Below are positions 1-8,354 of a stretch of DNA of 64,000 nt, piece by piece (the first letter of the stretch is position 1; every line of letters starts with the position of its first letter). The DNA lies in contig CAMDGM010000011.1 in NCBI GenBank assembly GCA_945898015.1, positions 3,200 through 67,199 of the forward strand, given 5' to 3'. A program made the position numbers and the translations under genes. The notes under the pieces were generated by a model that saw nothing but the letters and a program-made list of their open reading frames with translations, was not told where the DNA came from and searched no databases. The stretch comes from PVC group bacterium (GTDB lineage: Bacteria > Verrucomicrobiota > Kiritimatiellia > CAIKKV01).

Positions 1-1178
1 GCGTCGGCCGTCCAGTCGCCTTTCCGGGTTTGAAAACGGCTCACGTGCACCAGCATCTCATGCGTGAACCGGTCTTCGTGGGCATGAAAATTGGACAGCG
101 TCATGCCCTCCCACTCGCCGTCGCGCCGGGTGTCCACCACCCGGACCGACTCGCGCTCGAGCAGCAGGGAGCAGGGCTCCACCCGGCCCATGACCAGCGG
201 CCAGCGTGGACTGTTCCCGCGGGGGTTGCCGTCCGAAATATTCCCGATCCACCAGAGCGCTCCGCTGGAATGACGCACCAGCTGCGACATGCTGCTGGGC
301 GAATAAAACGGGGTGCCGTCGGAATAGGTCCAGGGCCGGACCGGCCCCCAGGTGTCCCCCTCATCGGACGACACCGTGAACCACCGGTATCCGGGCAGCT
401 CCGGCTTGACGTCGTTGCTCCCCCGCAACACCATGAGCAGCCGGCCATCGGAAACCGGCGCAAGGGTGGGCTCGATGGCCCCGCGCGTGGAACGGGCCGG
501 ATCGTTACGGATCGACGGCGAAAGCCGCCACGTGATTCGAAGGTCGCCAGGATCTTCGGCCCACCGGCCGATCAGCACCGCCGCCTCGTGATAGGAATAT
601 CCGCCGCCGGGATTGATGTAGCGACCGTCCGGCCCGACAGGACACACCTGGCACGGAACCAGCAGCCGGCCGCCGGGCGTGCGCACCGGCTCGCACCCCG
701 AATCCCCGCTCATCACGGCATTGCGGCCGATCGTCACGCCCCGCATCGGCTGCTCCGGCGTGTACCCCTCCTCGATGACCTGCTCGGACAGGGCATAGGA
801 ACGCCCCCCGTCGACCGAAACCCGGTAGCTTAAATAGGTCCGGGTCATGCCGTCCTTGATCGGATCATCCGCCGGCCGCACGCCCTCATTCACCAGGACC
901 AGAAGCCGGCCGTTGAGGGGATCGAGGAACGGCGGCATGGCGTGATGCCGGATGGCTCCGCCCTCCGGCATCGGCTCCACAACGTTTTCGGATCGGAAAT
1001 CCGACCAGGTGGCTCCGTTGTCGGACGAGTAGCCGATCTCCATCACGTCCAGCCGGTCACTCCGGGTCATATAGGATCGGCGGCAGATCTTCTCCGCCCC
1101 CGACAGCCGGGTGTAGCCGGAGTCGCAAAGGGCGTAGGCGCCGGGCGCCGGCGCTTTCCAAAATAATTCTTCTCGCAC
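1..1178 (-). CDS. BNR/Asp-box repeat sialidase-like glycoside hydrolase family protein, C-terminal part runs off the window
   Basis: Open minus-strand frame absent from the ORF track because it has no stop inside the window. The translation carries three Asp-box motifs (SSDNGATW, SVDGGRSY, SSDEGDTW). Candidate GTG starts lie at 1178 or 1190; the latter overlaps the stop of the upstream gene. The listed plus-strand ORF 30..833 is its shadow. Confidence 0.7.
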   Translation of the reverse strand, partial: MREELFWKAPAPGAYALCDSGYTRLSGAEKICRRSYMTRSDRLDVMEIGYSSDNGATWSDFRSENVVEPMPEGGAIRHHAMPPFLDPLNGRLLVLVNEGVRPADDPIKDGMTRTYLSYRVSVDGGRSYALSEQVIEEGYTPEQPMRGVTIGRNAVMSGDSGCEPVRTPGGRLLVPCQVCPVGPDGRYINPGGGYSYHEAAVLIGRWAEDPGDLRITWRLSPSIRNDPARSTRGAIEPTLAPVSDGRLLMVLRGSNDVKPELPGYRWFTVSSDEGDTWGPVRPWTYSDGTPFYSPSSMSQLVRHSSGALWWIGNISDGNPRGNSPRWPLVMGRVEPCSLLLERESVRVVDTRRDGEWEGMTLSNFHAHEDRFTHEMLVHVSRFQTRKGDWTAD

Positions 1179-1186
1179 GGCAGGTG

Positions 1187-2515
1187 TCACGGATTTGGCC
1201 CCTTGATGATGAGATCGGTCTTCCCGGTTCCGTCAGGAACCTCGAAAGCCTGCATTCTGCCACGTTCTCGAATCGGGTCCAGTGTTATCTGAAACGGCTG
1301 ACCTTCCCGGGCCGCCCGGCGGCGGACGGACTCAAAGATCCGGACCGCCACATCGTCGAGCCGGTCTGCCGCCGCCGGCCGTCCCTGCCGACGCGCCAGC
1401 GCCCCTTCGAAAAACAGGCCTTCCATCTGCTCCGCAAATCCGGGCGCCACCAGATTCCCGCTATCTACCTCGGCCCCGACAAAGGCCGCCAAATCGGCAG
1501 GAGCCTTGGGCTCTTCCTGCCGGAAACGCGCCAGAAAGCGGCTCGCGCGAGCCTCATCGCCATGCGCATACCCCTGGACAACGGCCAGACGCAAGAAATT
1601 ATTCCGCGCGGTCAGGATGCCGGGATCGTCCGGAAAACGGCGCACCGCTTCATCCAGCACGGCGAGGGCCGGCTCGAAGAGGTCCGTCCGCACCGTCCGG
1701 ACCCATACCTGCCGGGCCGCCACGCACACCACCCCGCCCCGGAAACAGGACGCGATCATGGCCTGGTAAAACAGGCGCTCCAAAAACAGGTCAGGCGCCC
1801 CGCCGCATATGGCGCGGCCGGACCACGCCCAGTAGAGAGCGTGCGATTCCGGCAGGCGCCAGTCCAGGGGCCCCGTCACGCGCTCCAGGGCGGCCATCAC
1901 GCCGGCGTCAAGGGCAGACGCCTCCCGCAAGCGCGTCGCCGTGGCAGGATCGCCCCCGGAAAGCCGCCCCCCCGGCAGCACGCTCTCCAGGCTTTGGTAT
2001 AACCGAAACTGGTAATACCCGGCGGCTGTATCCATGAAGCCGCCGATCTTGTTGAAATACATCCACCCGACATCCCCATACAGCCGGGGATCGCCGGGGT
2101 TGTACCGGATCCCCTCCTCGCGCAGCATCCGCAAGGCCTTGTCGACCCAGCGCCAGCGGTCTGCAGGTTGATCGAACAGATACCCGATATTATACGCCAT
2201 ATTCCAGGCGTGATAGCTCCAGACCTCGGAAAACGTAGGTTCCAGCTTGGTGATCCACTCCGACAGCTGGGTGACTTCGAAATACTGGCCCGCCTCCTGC
2301 AACGAGGAGACACGCAACCAGAGCAGATCGGCCAGGATGCCGCGGAATCCGCCCAGCGCCACCGTGGTGAACGCCACCATCGGCGGCGCCTGGCGCAAGT
2401 CCGTCTGGTTCGGCGGACGGAACGCCTCGCGCCGGGCCAGGAGCGGCCGGTTCAGAAGTCCGGCGGCGCCCAGGCAAAGCAGAGCGGCCAGCAACAGCAT
2501 CCACGTTTTCTTCAT
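1187..2515 (-). CDS. conserved hypothetical protein with N-terminal signal/anchor helix, helical-repeat-like
   Basis: 442-aa ORF starting MKKTWMLLLAALLCLGAAG (hydrophobic N-terminus). Amino-acid composition looks real (W/Y/F-rich motifs such as WSYHAWNMAYNIGY). It is tightly followed by the BNR-like gene. I recognise no family. Confidence 0.6.
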   Translation of the reverse strand: MKKTWMLLLAALLCLGAAGLLNRPLLARREAFRPPNQTDLRQAPPMVAFTTVALGGFRGILADLLWLRVSSLQEAGQYFEVTQLSEWITKLEPTFSEVWSYHAWNMAYNIGYLFDQPADRWRWVDKALRMLREEGIRYNPGDPRLYGDVGWMYFNKIGGFMDTAAGYYQFRLYQSLESVLPGGRLSGGDPATATRLREASALDAGVMAALERVTGPLDWRLPESHALYWAWSGRAICGGAPDLFLERLFYQAMIASCFRGGVVCVAARQVWVRTVRTDLFEPALAVLDEAVRRFPDDPGILTARNNFLRLAVVQGYAHGDEARASRFLARFRQEEPKAPADLAAFVGAEVDSGNLVAPGFAEQMEGLFFEGALARRQGRPAAADRLDDVAVRIFESVRRRAAREGQPFQITLDPIRERGRMQAFEVPDGTGKTDLIIKGPNP

Positions 2516-2722
2516 GGCCGTTGAGTCTACCCGCCTGACCCACCCGACGCAACGCGATAGTGTAATCGGCAGAAAAACATCTTGCCCCGTCTCGGAGTAT
2601 TCGGCACAATTTATCGATGCACTGTAAAGCGGCTACCATTGCCGATCACGGACAGGAATTCCAGAACCCGACACCGGAAGCGACTTGCCGAAGCGCGCGC
2701 CTCTGCTTAGAAGGAAGATCAG

Positions 2723-3307
2723 ATGAAGATTACGCCCCTCGTCTGCCCGCATTGCGAAGCCTCGTTCAAGATCAAGTCTGCCCTCACTCCCAAGTCCGTC
2801 GTGTGCCCGAAATGCGCCCGGGATCTCGACCTCTCCGGCGGCGTCCCCGCACCCAAACCGTCTGAAGAAAAAACCGACGCCCCGCCCCCCCCTCCGCCTG
2901 TTAAACGTCCCGTCGACGCCAAACCACGCCGCCCGCTGCCCCCCCCGTCACGGCCAGCCCCGGAGCCGAAAGCCGAATCCCCGGTAATCCCCATTACGGC
3001 CGGCATCCTCTTGGCCGCCCTCTTATGGAAATTGAAGGGGGGCGATCTGTGGTGGGTTTTAATCGGATACGTCGCTGGACACATTATCGGTAATATCACG
3101 GTAGCCTATCTGGCCGCAAAAAAGAAACCTGAACCCGCCGTCCGGAAAACCCCATCTCCGGTTTCCATGCCGCCGCGCACTCCCAAACCGCCGCGCACTC
3201 CCAAACCAGAAACCACTCCCCAACCGCCACCCACTCCACAACCTGAACCCATTCCTCAACCAGAACCCACTCCGCAACCGGCATCCCCTGCAGGGGACAA
3301 GTCATGA
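2723..3307 (+). CDS. zinc-ribbon (CxxC...CxxC) membrane protein with proline-rich linkers
   Basis: N-terminus reads CPHC...(17 aa)...CPKC. There is a PPPPPP run (2882-2899), a central hydrophobic segment of about 50 aa, and a C-terminal PRTPKP/TPQP repeat region. An AGGAAG RBS lies upstream and the stop overlaps the apbE ATG (ATGA). Confidence 0.65.
   Translation: MKITPLVCPHCEASFKIKSALTPKSVVCPKCARDLDLSGGVPAPKPSEEKTDAPPPPPPVKRPVDAKPRRPLPPPSRPAPEPKAESPVIPITAGILLAALLWKLKGGDLWWVLIGYVAGHIIGNITVAYLAAKKKPEPAVRKTPSPVSMPPRTPKPPRTPKPETTPQPPPTPQPEPIPQPEPTPQPASPAGDKS
3170..3205 (+). repeat. perfect 18-bp tandem duplication (ccgccgcgcactcccaaa x2) inside the proline-rich gene
   Basis: Read directly: 3170-3187 and 3188-3205 are identical. 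They encode PPRTPK twice. Confidence 0.9.
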
Positions 3308-4398
3308 TCCGCCGGCATCTTCCCGTCCGGGCGGCTCGATCCTTCCAGCCTTCTCTTTTTCTTGCCCTTTCCCTGGGGCTTGCCGCCGGCTGCCGGAACG
3401 ACCCGCCGCCGGAACGGGCGCAGTGGACCTCCATGAGCACCGTGGCGACGGTATCCACGCCGGCCGCGCGCGCCGCCGACCTGCCAGCCTTGCTCAAGCA
3501 GGCACAGGACGCCTTGGCGGACATCGAAAACCGGTTCAGCGTCTTCAAGCCGGACAGCGAACTGGCACAGGTGAACCGGTTGGCCGGGCAGGAGTTTTTC
3601 ACCTTGTCCCCCGATATCGCCCGGGTGCTGCGTTACGCGCTGAACACCTCGCGGGAAAGCGGCGGCGCGTTCGACCCCACCGTGGGGCCCCTGATGGCGG
3701 TCTGGGGATTCCGCGGCGGGGAGATCCAGCGGGTGCCCGGCGATGACGAACTGGCCGCGGCGCGGGACCAGGTCGGCTGGACCCACGTGGAATGGCAGGC
3801 CGGCGAATCCAACCGCGTTCGCCTGGCGCGCGCCGGCATGAAGCTCGATCTGGGCGGCATTGCCAAGGGCTACGCCGTGGACGTCGCCTTTGACCGCTTG
3901 CGCCACTCGGGGTTCGACCATTTCCTGGTCGATCTGGGCGGCAATCTGCGGGTCCAGGGCTCGGCGGCCCCCCATCGCGGCGGCTGGCGGACGGGGGTGC
4001 GCGACCCGTTCGACACCGACGCCCTTCTCGGCACCCTCCTGCTCACCAACGGCGAAGCGGTGGCGAGCTCCGGCAATTACGAGCGTTTTGTGGAAATCGA
4101 CGGGCACCGGTATGGCCACATCATGGACCCCCGCTCCGGGCGGCCCATGGAAGGCATGGCGGGCGTCACGGTGATCGCGCCGTCCGGAATCGAATGCGAT
4201 GCACTGACCAAGCCGATGTATATCCTGGGCCCGGAAAAGGGGCGGGCCGTGCTGGCGCTTCACCCCGGTTGCGAAGCCTTGTGGGTGCTGGAGGCGCGCC
4301 CCACCCGCCTGGTGGCCACGCCCGGCTTTGCCCGCCGCTTTCAACCGCTTCCCCAGTATCAGGATTCCATAACGACGCTGGAATCCGCGGACAAGTAA
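3304..4398 (+). CDS. apbE: FAD:protein FMN transferase (ApbE family), probable lipoprotein
   Basis: Motifs FDPTVGPLMAVWGF, LDLGGIAKGYAVD, VDLGGN and GHIMDPRSGRP are present. The N-terminal LALSLGLAAGC resembles a lipobox. Confidence 0.88.
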   Translation: MIRRHLPVRAARSFQPSLFLALSLGLAAGCRNDPPPERAQWTSMSTVATVSTPAARAADLPALLKQAQDALADIENRFSVFKPDSELAQVNRLAGQEFFTLSPDIARVLRYALNTSRESGGAFDPTVGPLMAVWGFRGGEIQRVPGDDELAAARDQVGWTHVEWQAGESNRVRLARAGMKLDLGGIAKGYAVDVAFDRLRHSGFDHFLVDLGGNLRVQGSAAPHRGGWRTGVRDPFDTDALLGTLLLTNGEAVASSGNYERFVEIDGHRYGHIMDPRSGRPMEGMAGVTVIAPSGIECDALTKPMYILGPEKGRAVLALHPGCEALWVLEARPTRLVATPGFARRFQPLPQYQDSITTLESADK

Positions 4399-4440
4399 AC
4401 CGGGTGGTTCGAGTCCTGACAGAACGAAAAAGGAGATGGC

Positions 4441-5976
4441 ATGAGCGCTTGGGTCTATATGGGCATGGTGGTGATTTACGTCGCAGTCATGCTGGGAATC
4501 GGCTACTGGTGCATGCGGCGGACCCAGTCGGTGGGCGACTTCTTCCTGGGCGGCCGCACGCTGGGCCCCTGGATGAGCGCCTTCGCCTACGGCACCACCT
4601 ATTTCTCGGCCGTGCTGTTTATCGGGTATGCCGGCAAGCTGGGCTGGGGGTTCGGCATCCACACGATGTGGATCGTGATCGGCAACACGCTCATCGGCAC
4701 CGTCCTGGCCTGGAAGCTGCTGGCCGGCCGGACGCGGGACATGACGGTCCGCCTGAACGCCATCACCATGCCGGAGTTCCTCCGCGCGCGGTATGATCAC
4801 CGGCCGCTCCAGATCGTCTCCGCGCTGATCGTGTTCATCTTCCTCGTGCCCTATTCGGCCTCGGTGCTGATGGGCCTGAGCTACCTCTTCGAAATGACGC
4901 TGCACATCTCCTACGAGCACGCGCTCTACTTCCTGACCGGGCTGACCGCCATCTACCTCGTCATGGGCGGCTATTTCGCCGTGGCCTTGAGCGATTTCAT
5001 CCGGGGCATCATCGAGTTCATCGGCGTGATGCTCATGGTCTACCTGCTGGCGCACCGGCCGGAAATCGGCGGCTTCGTCCAGGCCACGGGCCGGCTGCTG
5101 GGAGATCCGTCGGCCGCGCCCGCCCTGGGCAGCGCCAAGGCGCTCGGCGCCGGAAGCTGGCTGGCGGTCACCGCGCCGGGCTGGCTGACGCTCCTCTCGC
5201 TGGTGCTGATCACCAGCTTCGGGCCGTGGTCCCTGCCTCAGATGGTGCAGAAATTCTACTCCATCCGCAGCCGGGCCGACATCACGCGGGCCATCGTCAT
5301 CGCGGGCGTCTTCTCGCTCTTCATGGCCTTCGGCGCCTACTACAGCGGCGCGCTGACCCACCTCTTCTACGGGCCCAAGCTGCCGCCGGAGCTGATCGGC
5401 CCCAAGGGGCCCATCTGGGACAAGATCATGCCGCATTTCATCACGACCTCCGGCCTGCCCCCCGCGCTCATCATGGTGGTGGTGCTGATGGTCTTCTCCG
5501 CCTCCATGTCCAGCCTCTCCTCGCTCGTGCTGGTGTCGAGCTCGGCCATCGCCATCGACCTCTATGGCGCGTTCGCGGACCGCCACGCCAACCCCCGCCG
5601 GACCATGGCCCTGCTGCGCACCATGTGCGCCGTGTTTGTGGGGTGCTCGCTCTACATCGCCCTGCAGCGGCCGGTGTTCATTGTAAACCTGATGATCATG
5701 TCGTGGGGGTCGCTGGCCGGGGTGTTCCTCGCGCCCTACCTGTTCGGCCTGTTCTGGAAGCGGACCACGCTGGCCGGCGTCTATGCCGGCATGGCCGTCG
5801 GCCTCGTGTGCGCGTTCACGCTCTTTTCCGTGTGGGGCTCGGATGGCGTGCCGCTGGCGGGCGCCATCACCATGTTCCTGCCGCTCCTCGTCGTGCCGGT
5901 GGTCAGCCTGCTGACCCGCCCCCTGCCCCAGACGGTGATCGACGCCGCCTTCGTCGACGCCCCGCCGAAGCCTTAG
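4441..5976 (+). CDS. sodium:solute symporter family (SSF) transporter
   Basis: 511 aa and multi-TM throughout. The N-terminal GDFFLGGR motif is typical of SSF (PutP/PanF-like). Substrate is not inferable. Confidence 0.85.
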   Translation: MSAWVYMGMVVIYVAVMLGIGYWCMRRTQSVGDFFLGGRTLGPWMSAFAYGTTYFSAVLFIGYAGKLGWGFGIHTMWIVIGNTLIGTVLAWKLLAGRTRDMTVRLNAITMPEFLRARYDHRPLQIVSALIVFIFLVPYSASVLMGLSYLFEMTLHISYEHALYFLTGLTAIYLVMGGYFAVALSDFIRGIIEFIGVMLMVYLLAHRPEIGGFVQATGRLLGDPSAAPALGSAKALGAGSWLAVTAPGWLTLLSLVLITSFGPWSLPQMVQKFYSIRSRADITRAIVIAGVFSLFMAFGAYYSGALTHLFYGPKLPPELIGPKGPIWDKIMPHFITTSGLPPALIMVVVLMVFSASMSSLSSLVLVSSSAIAIDLYGAFADRHANPRRTMALLRTMCAVFVGCSLYIALQRPVFIVNLMIMSWGSLAGVFLAPYLFGLFWKRTTLAGVYAGMAVGLVCAFTLFSVWGSDGVPLAGAITMFLPLLVVPVVSLLTRPLPQTVIDAAFVDAPPKP

Positions 5977-6872
5977 CCCGGGGCCGCCCCGCGCCAGCCG
6001 CAAACCGCACGGTCGTGGCCCGCCGCATCGCGGAGGACCTCCACCCGTTCATAGCCCGCGTCCCTGAGGATGGCGGCCACTGCAACGCCCTGATCAAACC
6101 CGATTTCCAGCCATAGCGGACGATCCGGCTTGAGGCAGGCCCGGGCCTGCGGAGCCAGCCGCCGGATGACCGCCAGCCCATCCGCTCCCCCATCCAGCGC
6201 CAGGCGGGGCTCATGATCCCGCACGTGCCGGTCCAGGGTTCCGCAAACGGCTGTGGCAATATAGGGCGGATTAGACACCACGGCGTCAACCCCGCCCGCC
6301 GGAAGCCCCGCCAGCAAATCCCCGGTCCGCAAGTCGACGCGGCCGGATAATCCAAGCTGATCCCTGTTTTCCCGGGCCAGCGCCAGGGCGTCCACATCCA
6401 CATCCAGCGCCAGCAGGCGGGCCTCCGGCCGGGCCGCCGCCAGCGCCAACGCGATGCAACCCGTGCCCGTGCCCACATCGATCAGCCGGGGTTCCGGCCC
6501 GGACCAAATCGCCGGGCAGGCCAGAACCTGGTCCACCAGCCATTCGGTTTCAGGACGGGGAATCAGCGCGCGCCGATCCGTCTTGAGGATCAAGCCGTGA
6601 AAAGGCGTATCGCCCAGAATATACTGAAGGGGCTCTCCGGCAGCCAGCCGGGCGAGATCGGCATCCGTGGCGGCGCCATCAGCCTCCGACAGCCCCTCCC
6701 CGTGGCGCGAAAGCAACTCAAGCCGGGGAATGCCCAGTCGGCGGGCCAGGAGATACTGCAGGTTCAGGAGCGCTTCCGGCACGCCCGCCGCCTCAAGCCG
6801 GGGCAGGCGATCGCGAATGAAGGCATCCCGGCGGATTGGCACGCGCACGGCCCCCCTGTTATCGGATGGCAT
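5973..6872 (-). CDS. prmC: release-factor glutamine N5-methyltransferase PrmC (HemK)
   Basis: Contains a DVGTGTGCIA SAM motif and the NPPY catalytic motif (VSNPPYI). It lies immediately downstream of prfA with a 14-nt overlap. Confidence 0.92.
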   Translation of the reverse strand: MPSDNRGAVRVPIRRDAFIRDRLPRLEAAGVPEALLNLQYLLARRLGIPRLELLSRHGEGLSEADGAATDADLARLAAGEPLQYILGDTPFHGLILKTDRRALIPRPETEWLVDQVLACPAIWSGPEPRLIDVGTGTGCIALALAAARPEARLLALDVDVDALALARENRDQLGLSGRVDLRTGDLLAGLPAGGVDAVVSNPPYIATAVCGTLDRHVRDHEPRLALDGGADGLAVIRRLAPQARACLKPDRPLWLEIGFDQGVAVAAILRDAGYERVEVLRDAAGHDRAVCGWRGAAPG

Positions 6873-7953
6873 CCAGTTCCTGCTTCATCCGGAATTCCAG
6901 ATCATGCTCGTAAAGCGCATCAAACAGGCCCTGGAGATCCCCTTCCATGACGCGTTCCAGGCTGTAGATCGTGAAATTGATGCGATGATCCGTCAGCCGA
7001 TTCTGGGGGAAATTATAGGTCCGGATTTTCTCGCTGCGATCCCCGGAGCCGATGGCCGTCTTGCGGAGGTTGCCGGTCTTGGCCATCTCCTCCTGCCGCT
7101 TCAAGTCGAGCAGCTTGGACTTGAGCATGCTCATGGCCTTGGCCTTGTTGCGGATCTGCGACCGTTCCGCCTGGCACCCCACCACCACGCCGCTCGGCAA
7201 ATGGGTCAGCCGGACGGCCGAATCGGTACGATTAACGTGCTGGCCGCCGGACCCGCTGGCGCGGAAGGTATCCACCCGGAGATCGCTTTCGTTGATGACG
7301 ATGTCGTCGTCGGTCTCCGCCACCTCGGGCATGATCACCACGCTGGCGGCGGAGGTGTGAACGCGGCCCTGGGCTTCAGTCACGGGCACGCGCTGAACGC
7401 GGTGGATGCCCGACTCGAACTTCAGGACCCGGTAGACGGCCTCGCCCTCGATGGAGGCAATGACCTCCTTGTAGCCGCCCATGTCCGAGGAGCTGACGTC
7501 AAAAATGGAGACTTTCCAGCCCCGGGTTTCCGCGAAGCGGGTGTACATCCGGAAAAGTTCCGAGGCAAACAGTCCGGCCTCGTCGCCGCCTGTGCCGGCG
7601 CGGATTTCAATCATCACATTGCGGTCGTCAGCCGGATCGGGCGGCAGCATGGCAATCATGGCCTCCCGCTCGAGGCCGGGGATCGCCTTCCCGAGCGCGT
7701 CGAATTCCGTCCGGGCCAAATCCTTCATCTCCGGATCGGTGGCGGAATCCTCGATCATGCCCTTGTAGTCGGACTGGTCGCGGAGCGCCTTGAAAAACGC
7801 CTCGGTTTTCTCCACGATGCGGCGGACGCGGGAATGCTCGCGGACCAGGTCCTGGAATTTGCGGGACTGGGAGGCGGCGCCCGGCGCCGCCAGGCGGCCT
7901 TCCAGGTCTCCAAGCCGGTCGCGATACCGGCTGGCTAAGGCGGGCGTGATCAT
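6859..7953 (-). CDS. prfA: peptide chain release factor 1
   Basis: Contains GGQHVNRTDSAVRLTH (GGQ motif) and the RF1-type tripeptide PVT (RVQRVPVTE). Length is 364 aa. Confidence 0.96.
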   Translation of the reverse strand: MITPALASRYRDRLGDLEGRLAAPGAASQSRKFQDLVREHSRVRRIVEKTEAFFKALRDQSDYKGMIEDSATDPEMKDLARTEFDALGKAIPGLEREAMIAMLPPDPADDRNVMIEIRAGTGGDEAGLFASELFRMYTRFAETRGWKVSIFDVSSSDMGGYKEVIASIEGEAVYRVLKFESGIHRVQRVPVTEAQGRVHTSAASVVIMPEVAETDDDIVINESDLRVDTFRASGSGGQHVNRTDSAVRLTHLPSGVVVGCQAERSQIRNKAKAMSMLKSKLLDLKRQEEMAKTGNLRKTAIGSGDRSEKIRTYNFPQNRLTDHRINFTIYSLERVMEGDLQGLFDALYEHDLEFRMKQELDAIR

Positions 7954-7962
7954 GGGGCCCCC

Positions 7963-8007
7963 AAAAAACGGACAGGCCGGAAAGGACGCGCCTCACCGGC
8001 CTGTTCG
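7963..8007 (-). terminator. intrinsic terminator after rpmE, ending 9 nt before the prfA ATG
   Basis: Minus strand reads CGAACAGGCCGG-(15 nt)-CCGGCCTGTCCG, a 12-bp stem with one A.C mismatch. TTTTTT follows immediately. Confidence 0.65.
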
Positions 8008-8022
8008 ACTTCCGAAAAGCGG

Positions 8023-8232
8023 TTACGTCGCGGCGTCGCGCTTATACCGCTTATTGAACTTGTCCACGCGTCCGGCCGCGTCCACGAAAGACGTCTTGCC
8101 CGTGTAGAACGGGTGGCAGCCCGAACAGGTGTTGCAGTGAATAACGCTCACCGCGGACTTCAACTTCATGACATTACCGCAGGCACAGGTGGCCGTGGCA
8201 TCGCCAAACTTAGGATGGCCTTCCTTTTTCAT
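8023..8232 (-). CDS. rpmE: 50S ribosomal protein L31 (Zn-ribbon type, four Cys)
   Basis: MKKEGHPKF...CACGNVMKL...[11 protein letters not shown]...[10 protein letters not shown] is a near-textbook L31 sequence. Confidence 0.97.
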   Translation of the reverse strand: MKKEGHPKFGDATATCACGNVMKLKSAVSVIHCNTCSGCHPFYTGKTSFVDAAGRVDKFNKRYKRDAAT

Positions 8233-8268
8233 CGCATCAACCTCCAGAATCTCTTGGTAAAGCGAATG

Positions 8269-8297
8269 TTTATATCGAATTCACCCCTCCGGTGCAA
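8269..8297 (-). promoter_or_regulatory. sigma70-like promoter for rpmE (TTGCAC-17-TATAAA)
   Basis: Hexamers read on the minus strand with a 17-nt spacer. The -10 element ends 37 nt upstream of the rpmE ATG. Confidence 0.45.
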
Positions 8298-8354
8298 GTT
8301 GTTTTTACGAAATGCCATTTGTCATTCGATCCCGTTTATGGTTTATATAGGCGC

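Noticed and set aside
30-833. 267-aa plus-strand ORF at the window start
   Set aside because: The opposite strand encodes a continuous Asp-box (BNR) protein across 1-1178 with three SxDxGxTW-type motifs. The plus-strand translation is Arg/Pro/Gly/His-rich noise.
3256-6003. 915-aa minus-strand ORF, the second-longest minus-strand ORF in the track
   Set aside because: It is antisense to the well-supported apbE and SSF transporter genes. The translation is a monotonous G/R/A/H/D/E/P mix with no motifs, as expected for a stop-poor shadow frame in GC-rich DNA.
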